Source: Tubiluchus corallicola (Eukaryota; Animalia; Priapulida). Taken from it: DNA of 64,000 nucleotides. Positions within the stretch are counted from its first letter, which is position 1. Each line of letters begins with the position of its first letter. Positions 48,036 through 61,169 of the stretch are shown in pieces. Made by a program: the position numbers and the translations under genes. The stretch is from NCBI GenBank assembly GCA_030141605.1, contig JAQGDQ010000028.1, positions 992,001 to 1,056,000 on the forward strand, read 5' to 3'. The notes beneath the pieces were generated by a model. It worked only from the letters and a program-made list of their open reading frames with translations, was not told the origin of the DNA and ran no database searches.

Positions 48036-50801
48036 CTGAAACAACATTACAGAGATGATAGATGTGTAGTAAATTTTATTTTTGGCATTATAAAGCTTAG
48101 GGTGTTACACCATAAATTACGTTTGAAAAGCTAAAGATGATGTAGATAGAATCTGCACGCTCTGTTGTGCTTTTTATTCAATGATTTCTCTGCTATTATT
48201 TACCTTTTTTAGAAATTTTAGAGTTTTAGAAATTTAGTATCTTTGTACGTTTATCTTGTACATGTATTTGTGTGTTTATGCTTCTTAAATAATTGTTTCT
48301 GATTACGAGTGACAGATTTTACAGAACCAAAATTTGTTGGTGAACTGACAAAATATCGACTTGTAACTGCTAAGTATTAAATACTCTACAGTTATACCTG
48401 AGAAGTTGTTATAAAACAATAGTATCTTTGGAAAGTTGGGCATTATTTTATATTCTCAGATCATTTATTCCAAAGAAACCATATACCTGTTTTAGGAAAA
48501 TAACTTGCATTTTTTATATTTCATAGTCATTTCCCAACTTCCTTAGAAGGAACAGGACAGAATATACTGACATATAATAAGTGTGTCTACACATTAGGAA
48601 GTGATTACGAAATTGGAATAAATAGCCATGTCTTTGCTTAAGTGAGCGCAGGCAGTTATTTTCACATTAGGAATTCCTTCCATTTTGTGCGGCACATTCT
48701 ATTTACAAGCACATTTATGTGCGGTTTAACAAATTGGCTATCCATGATATTGGATACACTAAGCTGACCACACAAGCATTTTCTGTAGCCAGCACCCTAG
48801 ACCATCAGGTTGGATATTTACAGACTTATAACAGTTTGTATGTAGACGTAGCTGACAAGTCTGTCATGTGCTCACATGCTTAACATCACAATAAGGAACT
48901 TCTTAAGACCTAGATAGATGTAGACTCGGCAATCGGCTGCACTGCTGCTGGAGTAAATAAAAGCACTGTTTTCGGCGCTAGATGGCGACATAGTGATAGT
49001 TCAGTAATGAATGTTCAAGCAGAATGTGAGTAAGGTATCTGAGGCAACTTGTCTAAAAATAGACCACAACTTTATGCTTTGGAGTATTGCCTATAGAATA
49101 CATTAGTGAGTACCAGCGTCCGAATACTGCGAATAGTACGTGGAATGCGCTGTTAACAGCTGCTATAGCTTACATAGTAAACAAAGAACAGAGTCTTTCC
49201 AGGATAATTTATATATTACAGCTATGCCAAGACAATAGTACGCGTAAAAACACAATTGTACTAACGCCACAGAACTCTGTGTCACATGAATAGTCGTAGA
49301 TTGTTGGTTTTTTTTCAGTTTTTGAGGTACCATCTTCTTAATGCTGCTACAGCAAGCGAGCACAACACCAAAAGAACAGTATTTTTTCTGCGAATATTTT
49401 GCATAATTATAAAGTACACGCTGAGAACTTCTGTTCACGATAGCGGTATAAAATTACAGTTCTGGGTGTTTTTGCATATTATAAGTATAACCCGAACAAC
49501 AATACACGAGTTCGTTTGTAATAACCAGGTTATCTACAAGCAGTACAGGCCTAAATTACCGTAGATTAAATGATACGACTTTTATATTATAAGTCAAAGC
49601 AATACTGCTTAATGGTTTGTACAAAAAAGTGGAGGGAGTATCTTTCATTTCAAGCTGTACACATTGCTTAATTATCCAGCAAATTCTGCAACTACTACGC
49701 TCAAAATCATTTATTCATGAAAATAACTAGTGAATCGAATACGAATTCGGTCTATCAACAAAAAATGATGCACATCGTCGCCTTTAGCACATTCTTGCAA
49801 TACACAGTACTCAATTTTTTGCAACCAGTTTGCCATTTAGCCTCTGGTCACATACACCGTGAAAAAAAACAAGGACGAGAGCTAAAAGTTCAGTTTCAGG
49901 AATACCCAGGTATCGCGCGTGACTATGAAAACCAGCATGCAGCTGTGCGTAACGAAATAAATACATTATTATTAAGGAACCAGTCGCCGGGGCTTAAAAA
50001 CAAGTAAAAATGTGCCTGTTTGTGGCTACCCCAGTCCTATATCTGTCACCTTTTGCATTTTATCGACCAAGTTAGAAAAAGTCAGTATCACGATAATCGC
50101 CAGCAAAACAGAGTTCTTGGTTTGAATCGGGTTTCTGCCTATTTTTCTTGCTCAGTCTTTGCATCTTCATGCAGGATAATGTAACGCCCATGATTCAAGC
50201 TAGTCTACGTGTAAGATAGTACTAAGAATATAATGTAATTGATAATAATTAAATGGTAGTATCATACAATTTCCTTTGTGTTCAAAATTTGTTTCGATTT
50301 TTTTATTAATTAACAAATTTTAAGAAGTTTAATAATTTGAAAATAGCATATCAAGTAGTCTGCATGGGCATTTTAGCTGTAAAATGGTACACGAATTGCG
50401 TCAGATACTTCATTATTTTTAGGTTTGGAATTTTTATGTAGCGACCGCGCTACCTGTGTAAACCAATCCATCTGAATTGCACGTGCGCCAACTTTTTATT
50501 TATGCGTGTTGCTAGAAATCAATTACAAAATAACTTTTGCATGTAGGCCTACGACTTGTAAATGGGTGTCAAAAAATCATTTAAAACAGAGATTATTTCG
50601 CTTTGTGTAAGGCTTCAGACTTTGAGTATACGTATACCCGATTTATTCCGACAATGTTAAGGGGCACAAGCGTCGAAACTCCTTAGACGCTCGAGAACAT
50701 TTAAATGTTATTTTTCGATAAAAGTATTTTTCAATGAATTTTAAGCGAGGTTGGAACTTAGACTTTCATAGGCAATGGCAAAAACTGATTTCAAAACTTA
50801 C

Positions 50802-50990
50802 CTGCAACAAACGTTTCCAATCCAATCCGGAAACACGATATGACCACTGTTCCTCTCTAGTCCTCTAACCTACACCTTTCACCACACGTAACAAATGCAA
50901 GTCAAAACAGCTGAACTGATAGCCATGCCCTATATTTTCGCTGATGTACAGCTGTCAACAGGGGTGTGTCTCCAGCAGCCAATCACGGGC
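50802..50990 (-). promoter_or_regulatory. Predicted UCP non-coding exon 1 and core promoter
   Basis: Consensus donor CAG/GTAAGT at 50801-50796; Inr-like TCAGTT at 50919-50914; CCAAT box (cagccaatcacg) near 50976-50987; locally CpG-richer sequence at 50900-51400. Confidence 0.5.
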
Positions 50991-52377
50991 CAGGGATTCG
51001 TGGTGTGTTTGGTGGTTATTTGTTTCAAGGCCAAAAATACGACAAAATGTGCGCAGTGGTGATCATCAACAAGGAAAGCAGAGTCGAAATCCGCGCAATT
51101 TTTGCGGAGGTCCGGAGTTTGGACGGACTTTAAATGGAACGAGGACATTAATCACGTTACAGATTTACAAAAGTGGCTAGTCGCGGATTTCGCGGACTCA
51201 GCAACAATATGCACAAAAGATTAAGCAATAATAATTTTTTACTCGTTTTGGGGGAATGCTGTACACAATCACTACAATGTGTGTAGGTCAATGCGGTGTG
51301 GTACGGATCTGGTGCAGAGGTTTATATTATGTAGAATCGGATGTCCGCGGAGAAAAAAACCGACTTCGGTAACCTTTGATGTACATACAGTCCACGAAAC
51401 TCGGCAGGAAAAGCATGAGTTTGAGGACTTGAGGTTAATGAATCAAATTTGCCAACATGAGGCCACAAAATGGTCAGAGGAAAAGTTTCGTAAAATTGCT
51501 AATTAACATCGTAACATTTCTCATCTAACTTTTATAATATAAGCAAATACATTCACCTATAATATTATTTGTTTTCTTGTAAATTTGCAACTTTTGATGC
51601 TTACTAAAATTCATATCAAAACTTTGCATTGAATTACAGTTGCATAAATATTTCACACACACGTGATGCTAGTTTTTCACACAAGGATACTAGTGCTACT
51701 CTGCTAGTGAGGAATTGTGGGGAATAAAGTCCAAATTTACTGGTAAAATTAGTCGGGTACCTGTAACATTAATTTTTAAACTTACTGAACGTAAATTGCA
51801 CGCCTCAATAACAATCATAAATTCAGTATTAACAATGTATTTTCTTGAGATTTGTATCAAATTTTCATAACATAAGCTGCTCATAACAACAAGGAGACCA
51901 TTTTTCTTCATATCTGACAGTAGTATTTAGTAATCTGCTATTCGCGGACAATAGCAGTACTGAAAATTTATAATTAGGAACTATTGCTTCCAGTTTATAT
52001 TATTTATTCATGATTCAGGATTTATATTAATTAAGGTTTTAATGTTTAAAGTCACTTTGACCTATCAGTAGACCTAGCTTTGCTACTCGCGTACATGTGT
52101 ATACAATAACACGATGTTGTGCGCAATGTGCACGTGTTTGCTTGCGCAGTAAAAACAACCAGTGCAAAAAATTTATATCGCCGAGTATCAAAGTTCAACG
52201 AAATGTCAGGCCTGCGATTACGTTGCGACAAAATTGAGCACCGGAAAATAAATATAATTGATATATTTGATGCAAACATTTTTATTTGTAGGAAGTAGAC
52301 GCGCATTAATTTACTAAAGCTTGAATTTGAATTTAGCTGTGCAGAAAGTACTGGGCACATTCTTGGTGCGTATACTG

Positions 52378-52869
52378 CTGTAGCGGATAGCCCTATAGGC
52401 TGAATAGGCTGAAGCCTAAGGCCCGGGATCAAAAGGGGCCCGGCAAAATAAAACGAAATTTTTTTTTGTAAAAAAAATAAATTGACAAAAGAGCAAGGGG
52501 CTCTTTTTTTCAAAAGTCAGTCACTATATTTCAAATCGGGTTTACACAAATCAAGTTTACACAATTTAAGTTTACACAATTCAAGTTTACACAATTCAAG
52601 TTTACACAATTTAAGTTTACACAATTCACGTTTACACAGTTTAAGTTTAAGTTCAAAATTTCAGTTTCCGAATTTTTCTGGGGGCAAAGTCATTTATAAT
52701 TTCTGAAAAGTCCATTTTATCACAATCGGTGGGCAAAAACTCACAAAATTAAACAAACTTATAAACGACGAGAGCTCCACAAAAACACGTCAGCTCAGCA
52801 GTGTAGCATCATTTAAAAGGCCCGTTCCAAGCTCAAGCCTAAGGCCCATAAAATCATAATCCGCCGCTG
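52378..52869. mobile_element. Non-autonomous hAT-type MITE with internal 15-bp tandem array
   Basis: Exact 8-bp TSD GTATACTG at 52370-52377 and 52870-52877. Termini CTGTAGCGGAT ... ATCCGCCGCTG are an imperfect TIR. Subterminal AAGCCTAAGG(G)CCC at both ends; 7 copies of GTTTACACAATTYAA at 52540-52644. Confidence 0.85.
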
Positions 52870-55249
52870 GTATACTGTACTACTATGTGCGTCAATGTAT
52901 AATATGCACATATACATGAACATTATTCCTTGCAATGACGTCAAAATGCGGTGCCATCTTCCTGTTTCAGAGTAATGTATCAAATTCAATTCTACTCCAC
53001 CACTTTCTTCGATATTCAGTCTCAAGTTTCATAACCTGTAAGAGAATTTGAACATTTTTGAAATTGGACTCTAGCTGACTTAATAGTTTTTTTTTCATTT
53101 TATGTAGAATAATTAATGCATGCACATGTTGACCATACAACTAGATTATACTCGAGCACCCGGTCGTCCATCGATCGGTCGCCAATCGGTCAGTGCATAG
53201 CGGCTGATATTAAGGCGGCTAACAGATGAACTGAGTCTGACCCAAGTATACCACACTATCAATGATAGTGGAAAGCATCCAAACCGAAGGTCAGTGGTCC
53301 GACTGATGGGTCTGACGGTCAGTAAATTTCCACGATGACTACACCCAGTCACTCGGCAGTAGAATTTTTTTATGTGTAGATGTTCCGAATTAAACTTTAA
53401 GTTGCATAAGCACTGTAATTACACAATTAATTACATAAATAATTAACAATGCAATGCAAAAAACTGCAATGATTTTTCTTTTTTATGTGACGTAATTATG
53501 CACTTTTGGGAACACATCAGGCGAATAACTCAGTTGCAACGGGTAAGTTGGTGCCAGAAGTTAAGCACCACGAAAACCAGACAGTAAATAAATGGTTGAC
53601 CATTGACAAAACTGCCCCTGGGCACCATACTTTCCAGTTCTCAGCCATTTACTTTGGTGAGCGACGATCTAAGACAGCTTTGTCAGTTCATTGTCTCATC
53701 TTAAGAACATTATCCTGATAACATGTTAGATTCTGGCCTCTCCACAACTTTGCACATTAAATATGCCCTATCGTTGAGTACTGGATACCAGCTTGCAGAA
53801 TACAGTATATAATGGCTAAGCCTAGGAAGCTGTGCAAGCAAATACGTCAACCGTGTAAAAACTTTATTGACAGCAGAAACTATCAAGACCTCCAAAAATA
53901 AACTCACCAGTCCCAGCACCCAAGGACTCATAAGGAACAGCGAGATAGACACCCGGGCTCATCTAACACTCGATCAGCTGGGTCTAAATTAATTAGCAAA
54001 TTTCTGGGTTAGCCTCTCTCAGTTAGTCAGACAAACATTGAACTGCCCTTGATAAAGAATCCGCTTGTTGAAATTTGTTTCTGAGATTCGCCCTTTTTCA
54101 TCATCGGTTGACATTTCGTCGAATACTTAAAATACACGTCCCATCTAACTCAGCTGCTACAATCTGAAGTATTTGTGACAGTTTTTAGCGTGATTAAAAT
54201 TTTGCGTTAAGTCCACCTTTTTGCGTCCAGATAAATTAAGAGGGTAGTCCTGAATATAAGCTTTTAAAAAAATTGTAAAGTACACATACGTGTCTACATA
54301 GACGGTATTTTTGTGATGTTTCAGTTTCGCCTTCCAGAAGACCGAATTCACTTAGGTTGTAAGGGCTTGTTTACAAAAACCACTGCTTGTCACGCGGACG
54401 GCTTCATTTTGATGACGTCACACGGACATGTGATGCTGTCTAAGAAGCTACAGATCCACAGTTCCGGTTGAACTGTCTTGCTAAAATGCTAATGTGGTAT
54501 GCCAAAGTAATAAAAAACGTTAAAACTTGTTTAACTACTTTTTTAACCTCGGAGCAAAATAATAATTGTAATACCAACTATGCATCAACATGTGTCATGT
54601 TTTCATCGAGATTACGCTTGTAATAGTTGATAAATATTTTAGCTTCATGTCGAAATAGCGTGGACAACAATTTCCCGCTCTCTCTTAACATGATAAATGA
54701 TTCAAAACCATGGTTTTTCGCCACCCCGTCTCAATATAATTATACTGAATTGTGTAAGAGTAAACATTGTGCACTGTATATGTGTATGAGCTGAAGCAAA
54801 AAAGCTAAATCTACCTTTAGATATAATTACTGTTGTAAATAATAATTATTTAAGTAATGCCTACATTGTGGTGGGTACGTCAGCATTTGCTAATACAAGC
54901 TACATAATGACCCGTAAGCTGATCATATGAAGACTTCTCCGGACAATTTTTAGTAGTTTTGCTTTCGTTAGATTGTCGTGTTACTTGCACACAGGGGTAT
55001 GTATATGTTATTAAATTCACCAGTGCAATTCTCCGATCTTATAATCACGTTGCAATTTAACCCATGAAAAGTAACCACATTTTCACTGGCTTAGTAACTT
55101 AGTAACACTGTTAGTAGATAGCAGCACAGATGTTCTGTTGCATTGTTGAGCTAAAACAGCCTTTTGTACACTTTCCCAAACCAGACGCTACTACTACTTA
55201 AATTTTTATGAAGAAAAAAAATCCACCCTGCATTTGTAAAATAGCGGAA

Positions 55250-57675
55250 TGCAGATTATCACATATTTTACCAGACAAATTCTCCTTGATGCTGTCAGCC
55301 ACTGTTATGCCAAATATGAGGCTGGACCCAGTTATCACAAGAGCAACTGAATCGTTATTCGTTAAACAACCACGAACAGATCTGTTCATATCCGACCATT
55401 TGACAGTTCTGTGTACATTGATTTTTATAAAGCATCGACGTCACAAAAACAATAAACTATAGGAAAATCAAATCAATAAACACGCAGTTTTTCAAGGAAG
55501 ACTTAAAAAGTTCTGGAATTCAAGGCATAGATACTAATAACATAGATGCTAATTTTTTAATTGAAAAACACAATTCAATGCTGCGCAGTCTTCTCGACAG
55601 GCATGCGCCTCTAAAAACTAGGTCGTATATGGTTCGTCCCAGTCAACTATGGTTCACCAGTGAGATTAAAGATGAGACAAGGGAAAGACGCAGACGTGAG
55701 AGAAAATGGAGAAGGACCAAGAGTGCAACTGACTTTGCTACCTTCCAACAACAAAAAGCGTTAGTTATCGATAAAATATCGTTAGCTAAAAATGCATATT
55801 TCACTGATTTAATTCACGAGAATAGTCATGATCAGAAAGCATTGTTTCAAACAACAAAGTCATTGTTTAATCAGAAGAAAGATACGCCACTATTTTTGAT
55901 GATCATGATGATTCGTCAATGCAGCCAGTTTTTTGAAGAAAAGATAGCCAATATTAGCAATGCAATAAATATCGCGCATTCAGCAGATTTACTTTCGGAA
56001 AACAGCCAGACTTGACCAACTTCTGATCCTGATTTCATAAACTTTCAACTCTTAGTTATCTCTGATGTTGAAAAAATGATAACTAGCTTACCTGCTAAAT
56101 CATCTGAGGTGGATCCCATTCCAACAAATCTTGTAAAATCCTGTTTAAATGAGTTTTCTGAGCTTATCTCCTATTTTAACATCGGTTATAAATTTGTCAT
56201 TCAAAACAGGTTATTTTCCGGCGAGTTGCAAAAATGCTATTATTCGTCCACTGATTAAGAAAAATAATCTCGAACCTGTATTCAAAAATAATCGTCCTGT
56301 CCTTAATCTGTCTTTTGTCACCAAACTATAGAGAAACCATTGCTAATCAGTTAACGTCTTATCTCAACTCTCACGACCTTATGGAATCTATGCAATCTGC
56401 ATATCGTGCTAATCATAGAAGTGAAACTGCGTTATTGAAAGTCAAAACTGATGTTTTAAATTCAATGGACAAAGGATTAACCGTTGCACTTGTAATGTTG
56501 GATTTGTCATTTCACACTGTGGACCATGAAGTGCTTCTGAATGGACTTCACAGCAGGTGTCATATAACTGGCACGGCACTTAATCTAATTAGGTCTGATA
56601 GAAAACAGTCACTCAGTACTAAAGGGACTAGGTCTCCTGAAGTGATTCAGAAATGGGGTATCCCACGGGGATCTGTTTTGGGCCCTATGCTTACTTCCAT
56701 TTACACGGCACCACTTGGTGATATTCTAAGGTCCCATGGTGTTGCATTCCATTGCATGTCGTCTGCATAATGTTGCAATAGAAACCAGCAATTCGGATGA
56801 TAGTAACTCGTCACGGGAAATTCTGGAAAACTGTGTATCTGAAATCCGTGTTTGCATGTCAAATAATATTCTAAAACTAAATGATGAAAAAACGGATATG
56901 ATTATTTTTGGAACTCGACATCAACTTTCAAAAATTAGTCAATTCTCCATTGTGGTTGGCAAAAATCGTATCGAGATATCTAGTAGTGTTAGAAATCTTG
57001 GTGTAATTATGGACGATTGTCTATCTTCACATTAATCTATTTTCACGCTATCTTCACGATGGCCCATCACGTTAACAGTGCTTGTAAATCTTCATATTTT
57101 TAACTGCGAAATATATCAAAAATTAGAACAATTCTCACGAAAGATACTTGTGAAATCCTAGTGCTTGCTTTTGTTAGTTCCCGACTGGTTTACTGCGATA
57201 GTTTATTATGGTCTTCCACTTTACCAAATTCAAAAGCTTCAACGCGTCCACAATTCAGCTGCTAGGTTAATCACTCGCTGTCGGAAATTTGATTATATCA
57301 CACCAATACTCAGAGAAATGCGCTGGTTGCCTATTGAGTACAGCATTGAATTTAAAATAAATTTGATAACTTACAAAGCAATCAATGATCTGGCCCCTAC
57401 TTACATATCAGACCTTCTTAAACTATGCGTCCCTCGCAGAGCATTAAGATTTGGCTCAAATAGAAGTAATCTTGAATCTAAATTTTCTGTGCTTTTAATA
57501 TTTTTCCATTTTTGTCATATTCAATGTACTTTTAATCAATCAATGTGCCATTGTCTTAAATATCTTATGAATTAATATTTTCTAGTAATTTTGATGATCT
57601 TTTATTTGTAAGATGCATTTGATCATCATGTAAAATGCATTAAAAATTTTCAATAAATTATTATTAAATTATTAT
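55250..57675 (+). mobile_element. Degenerate non-LTR retrotransposon (L2/CR1-type LINE), 5'-truncated ORF2
   Basis: Frameshifted fragments: APE end (LDPVITR...SDH), LLDRHAPLK, DPIPT, QSAYRANH.SETALLKV, LDLS..TVDH, GIPRGSVLGP, LKLNDEKT, VRNLGVIMD, LQRVHNSAARLI...WLP...FKI. The YADD region is missing. The 3' end has AATAAA followed by (ATT)n at about 57652-57675. Confidence 0.92.
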
Positions 57676-58946
57676 GTGTTTTTGGTCTAGTTTTTGTGCG
57701 TACATTGGAACAAACAAAAGCTTGGTGAATCTGGAAACAGTGACTGTGAAATATTATTGCACAATGTCAAATTATGTTAACTATCTAAACAGAACCACGG
57801 CTAAACTGCTTCTCTAAACGCATTTCGAATTTCCGTAAATAGGTATTCAACACTGAATGACATAATGTACTTAATATAATTGATTGTGGCAGGATCGGAA
57901 TCCAGTTTACTTTTTATACAGTTCAATACAAGCCGAGATACTCAGTAACAACGCCTACTTGAAGTAGAGTGTTGTGGGAACTGGTGGCTGGACTGGAATC
58001 TACCTCATTACCAAGAATAATTCTCTAAGGTGAGACACTGAACTGCAAATGTTATGTGCAGATACCTATACATCCTCACTTAACAAACTTTATACTATAC
58101 AAATTGCATTATCTTATACTCATTGCTTCATACAATAAAATAAATATTTAGGATTTGCAAATTTACTAGGTAAACAGTATGTCATATGATGGTATCCAAA
58201 ACTGCTACAATACTAGTGGTATGTAGGTTACACATGACAGTTCATATTTACACCAAATGTCTCAAGTTCAAAGGTCTGCTATGTTTAACATCATTAAGAC
58301 TTCTTAGGTACACCTTAATTTTCAAGAAAAGTTGTGCGACCATACAAGCTCCTTACTATGAGTTACAAAGAAATAACATGCTTAATCCTTGTTCCATGGT
58401 ACTAAAAAATTTAACCCCCAGTTTTCTGCTTATTTACAGTGTCGTGCAATTTAGTCACATGCATTAGAAAAAAATATGGTAAAGAGCAATGCCACATTAT
58501 ATTTCAGGATTACTTCATCACAATTATTATTATTATTGTTGCAATGTTTATTGTAAATGACACATGTGTAGTAAGTAAAGCAATAGCGGTATGTTTCTCA
58601 GGTTCTCTGTCACCATTAATTATATAAAATAAATCAAAGTCAAAGACAAAAACTGCTGTGATCTCTTCTCCACGCAGTATGTCGTTGTGCAAAAACCCAA
58701 AAGAGTCAGGGCCCACTATTAATGTAGATTCGTGGAATTAATGTAGCAGGAATCTAACTCATTGTGAAGGGTTCTCTTCTAGAATCAAAAACTAAGCTGA
58801 CAGAGGTGTTTTAAATATGTTTGGATGTATATATTACATGTGCTTTCTCAACGAGAAATACTGATGTAAGCAGAAACCACCTAGAAGCAGTTCTCTTGGT
58901 GGTCACCAATCATTTCCCTTCCCCAAATCTAGTGGTAGTCCATTTT

Positions 58947-58994
58947 ACACACACGCACGCACGCACACACACACACACACGCACACACACACAC
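58947..58994. repeat. (CA)n/(CACG)n microsatellite
   Basis: Directly visible; probably within or near the long ataxin-3 3' UTR. Confidence 0.9.
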
Positions 58995-61169
58995 CTTATT
59001 CGTAAAAGCAAGTGCACTGTAACTTGGCCAGGTTTGTTGCCTCTATTCACACCTATCCAGCAAATAATCTTTCACGGAAACCTATCTACGCTAACCATGG
59101 TACAGACTTTGTACAGATGCATCAAAACCGTAATTACTGGACATTCAATAAACTGGATTGCCATGCATTATTGTGAAATGAGAAGCCTGAAATACACATT
59201 CATCTTGTACAAGAATTTTGCATCAACTGATTATAATTAACATAACGCGTGTGAATGCCGCCCCCAGACTTTGGCAACAACAACAACTTGATTTTTGTAC
59301 ATTATAAATTATATACTCCTATTATCTAACGAAAATAAAACCAAGTGACAATTAATTGGCTTATTATACGTCATCCTTATTTGCCATAGCAAATAAATTA
59401 TGCAAAAGAAGAAAAACTAACAAGAAATAATTACAGACTCATTTGTTCATTTTCAAACATGTACATTACTCAAAGGACTAGAACATCCAGCATTTCAACA
59501 AATCTTCTTTTATAAATATAATTAAGCCATTATAAAGGCAAAAGGAATAATTTTACCAACGGATCTTGGAATTCCATTATAAAGTAGTGTAATGTACTGA
59601 CAGACACATGGTTAGGGTAACAAGAGAAATTATGAGATGAACTTCACACTTCACATGCTTTGCTTTTACACAAAAAAAACTTACAACTTATCACTTATAA
59701 CACGCTTTCATGGTACTTTTCACAATTATACTGATTTACTAGTTACTATTAAAACACAAACACTTTGTTATAATGTCCTTATGAAGTTGTTGTTAGTGTT
59801 GTTGCTCAGGTATGTAACTGCAAGTGAGAAAATCACCCATTAATTATATTAATGAAGTTAATGAGCTCCATAGTTAAGAATTAAGATTAAATAGGTCAAA
59901 GTTACAACGTTTTCTTGTTTCTTACAGTAAATCAATCTCTCACACAAAAACTGATTAATAAATTAACGGAACGGCCAGTAAGGCATATTCATGGGTTACT
60001 TGATAACACGGTGGCACCGCCTGCTGACAGATAATTGCATTACAAAAAATTATTTAGTGGTTCAACGTGCATAACACACTTGCAGTACACCACAGCACAG
60101 TTGTTTGATGGCAAGCATTTTACAACAAACTAATCATCAAAAGTAATTAGTCAATTAAAAATTGATTCTACTAATTCTTGTAAACCACTTCTCATTTACA
60201 CAACCATTTCCGAAATAGATCTTGCAACTTTCTAGCTTTCTAGAGGAAATCATTAGCTGTTAGAATGCACTACCATCAAGAAAGTATGTCACATAATCAC
60301 TTATTAGAAACCTTTAAAAAAGACTGAGCACATAAAATGCCGTGAATAACTGCGAAGTTGACAACAGTATAGAATTAGAAGTTAAACATTTCTTGAATAA
60401 AAGCAATTTATAGTCAATGCTTTGTGCCAATAGCGGGTATTACAAATAAATATAGGCATACGGAACACTCATTTAGCGCTTTTCAGTAAACAATGCAGTA
60501 TACACGTAAGAGAAGGTTATCTACTTGTAAATAGACAATAAGTTGCCGATGTGCAACATTTAGTGATTATAAAGCTAATACATATTTTATAAGGTGAGAG
60601 TTCAAGCAAACTGAGAATTAATGTATTTTCTTAAAACCAGATGCTAATCAGAGAGAAGTTTAACTTTAAAAACAAAGCTTTTTTAAATTCAATTGCACTC
60701 ACTATACTGCACCGGAGCTGCTGACCACTGGCTAAGCCTAGCCAGCTCTACATATTGAGACTAAAATTGTGGCGAAATGCAGTTAGACAACCTATGTCTA
60801 TGCAGGATTTAAAGATTTAGTGAGATGAAGATTAAGAGGTTAATAACTTCGCATAAGCACAATGAAATATTTTGCTCCAATAGTTTATAAACAATGAGGC
60901 AAAATGGTTAACCATTGTTTTACTCAGATGAATTGCATGAATCAAATTTAATCAACAATTTGTAAAGCTGTTTAAACAGAAATCTAACTCTGGATGACAT
61001 GTGAGGCGTAGATTCAAGCACCATGCTGCTTTTACTATATTCATGGCAAAATGAAAGTGTGTAAAAGAGTTGCGAAAGCAGCAATGTGGATGCAATGTTT
61101 AAGAAATCTAATGCTATTGCAGTATGTTTTAAACACAGTGCTGTCACCTAGTTACTGTTGTCATGGCGA

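Noticed and set aside
52052-52706. ORFs of 153 aa (-) and 74 aa (+, SSLHN repeats)
   Set aside because: They overlap the hAT MITE and its 15-bp array, with no splice or homology support.
53149-53360. GC-rich patch with repeated TCGGTC/CCGAC motifs
   Set aside because: Probably a repeat fragment, but no convincing TIR, TSD, ORF or RNA structure could be defined.
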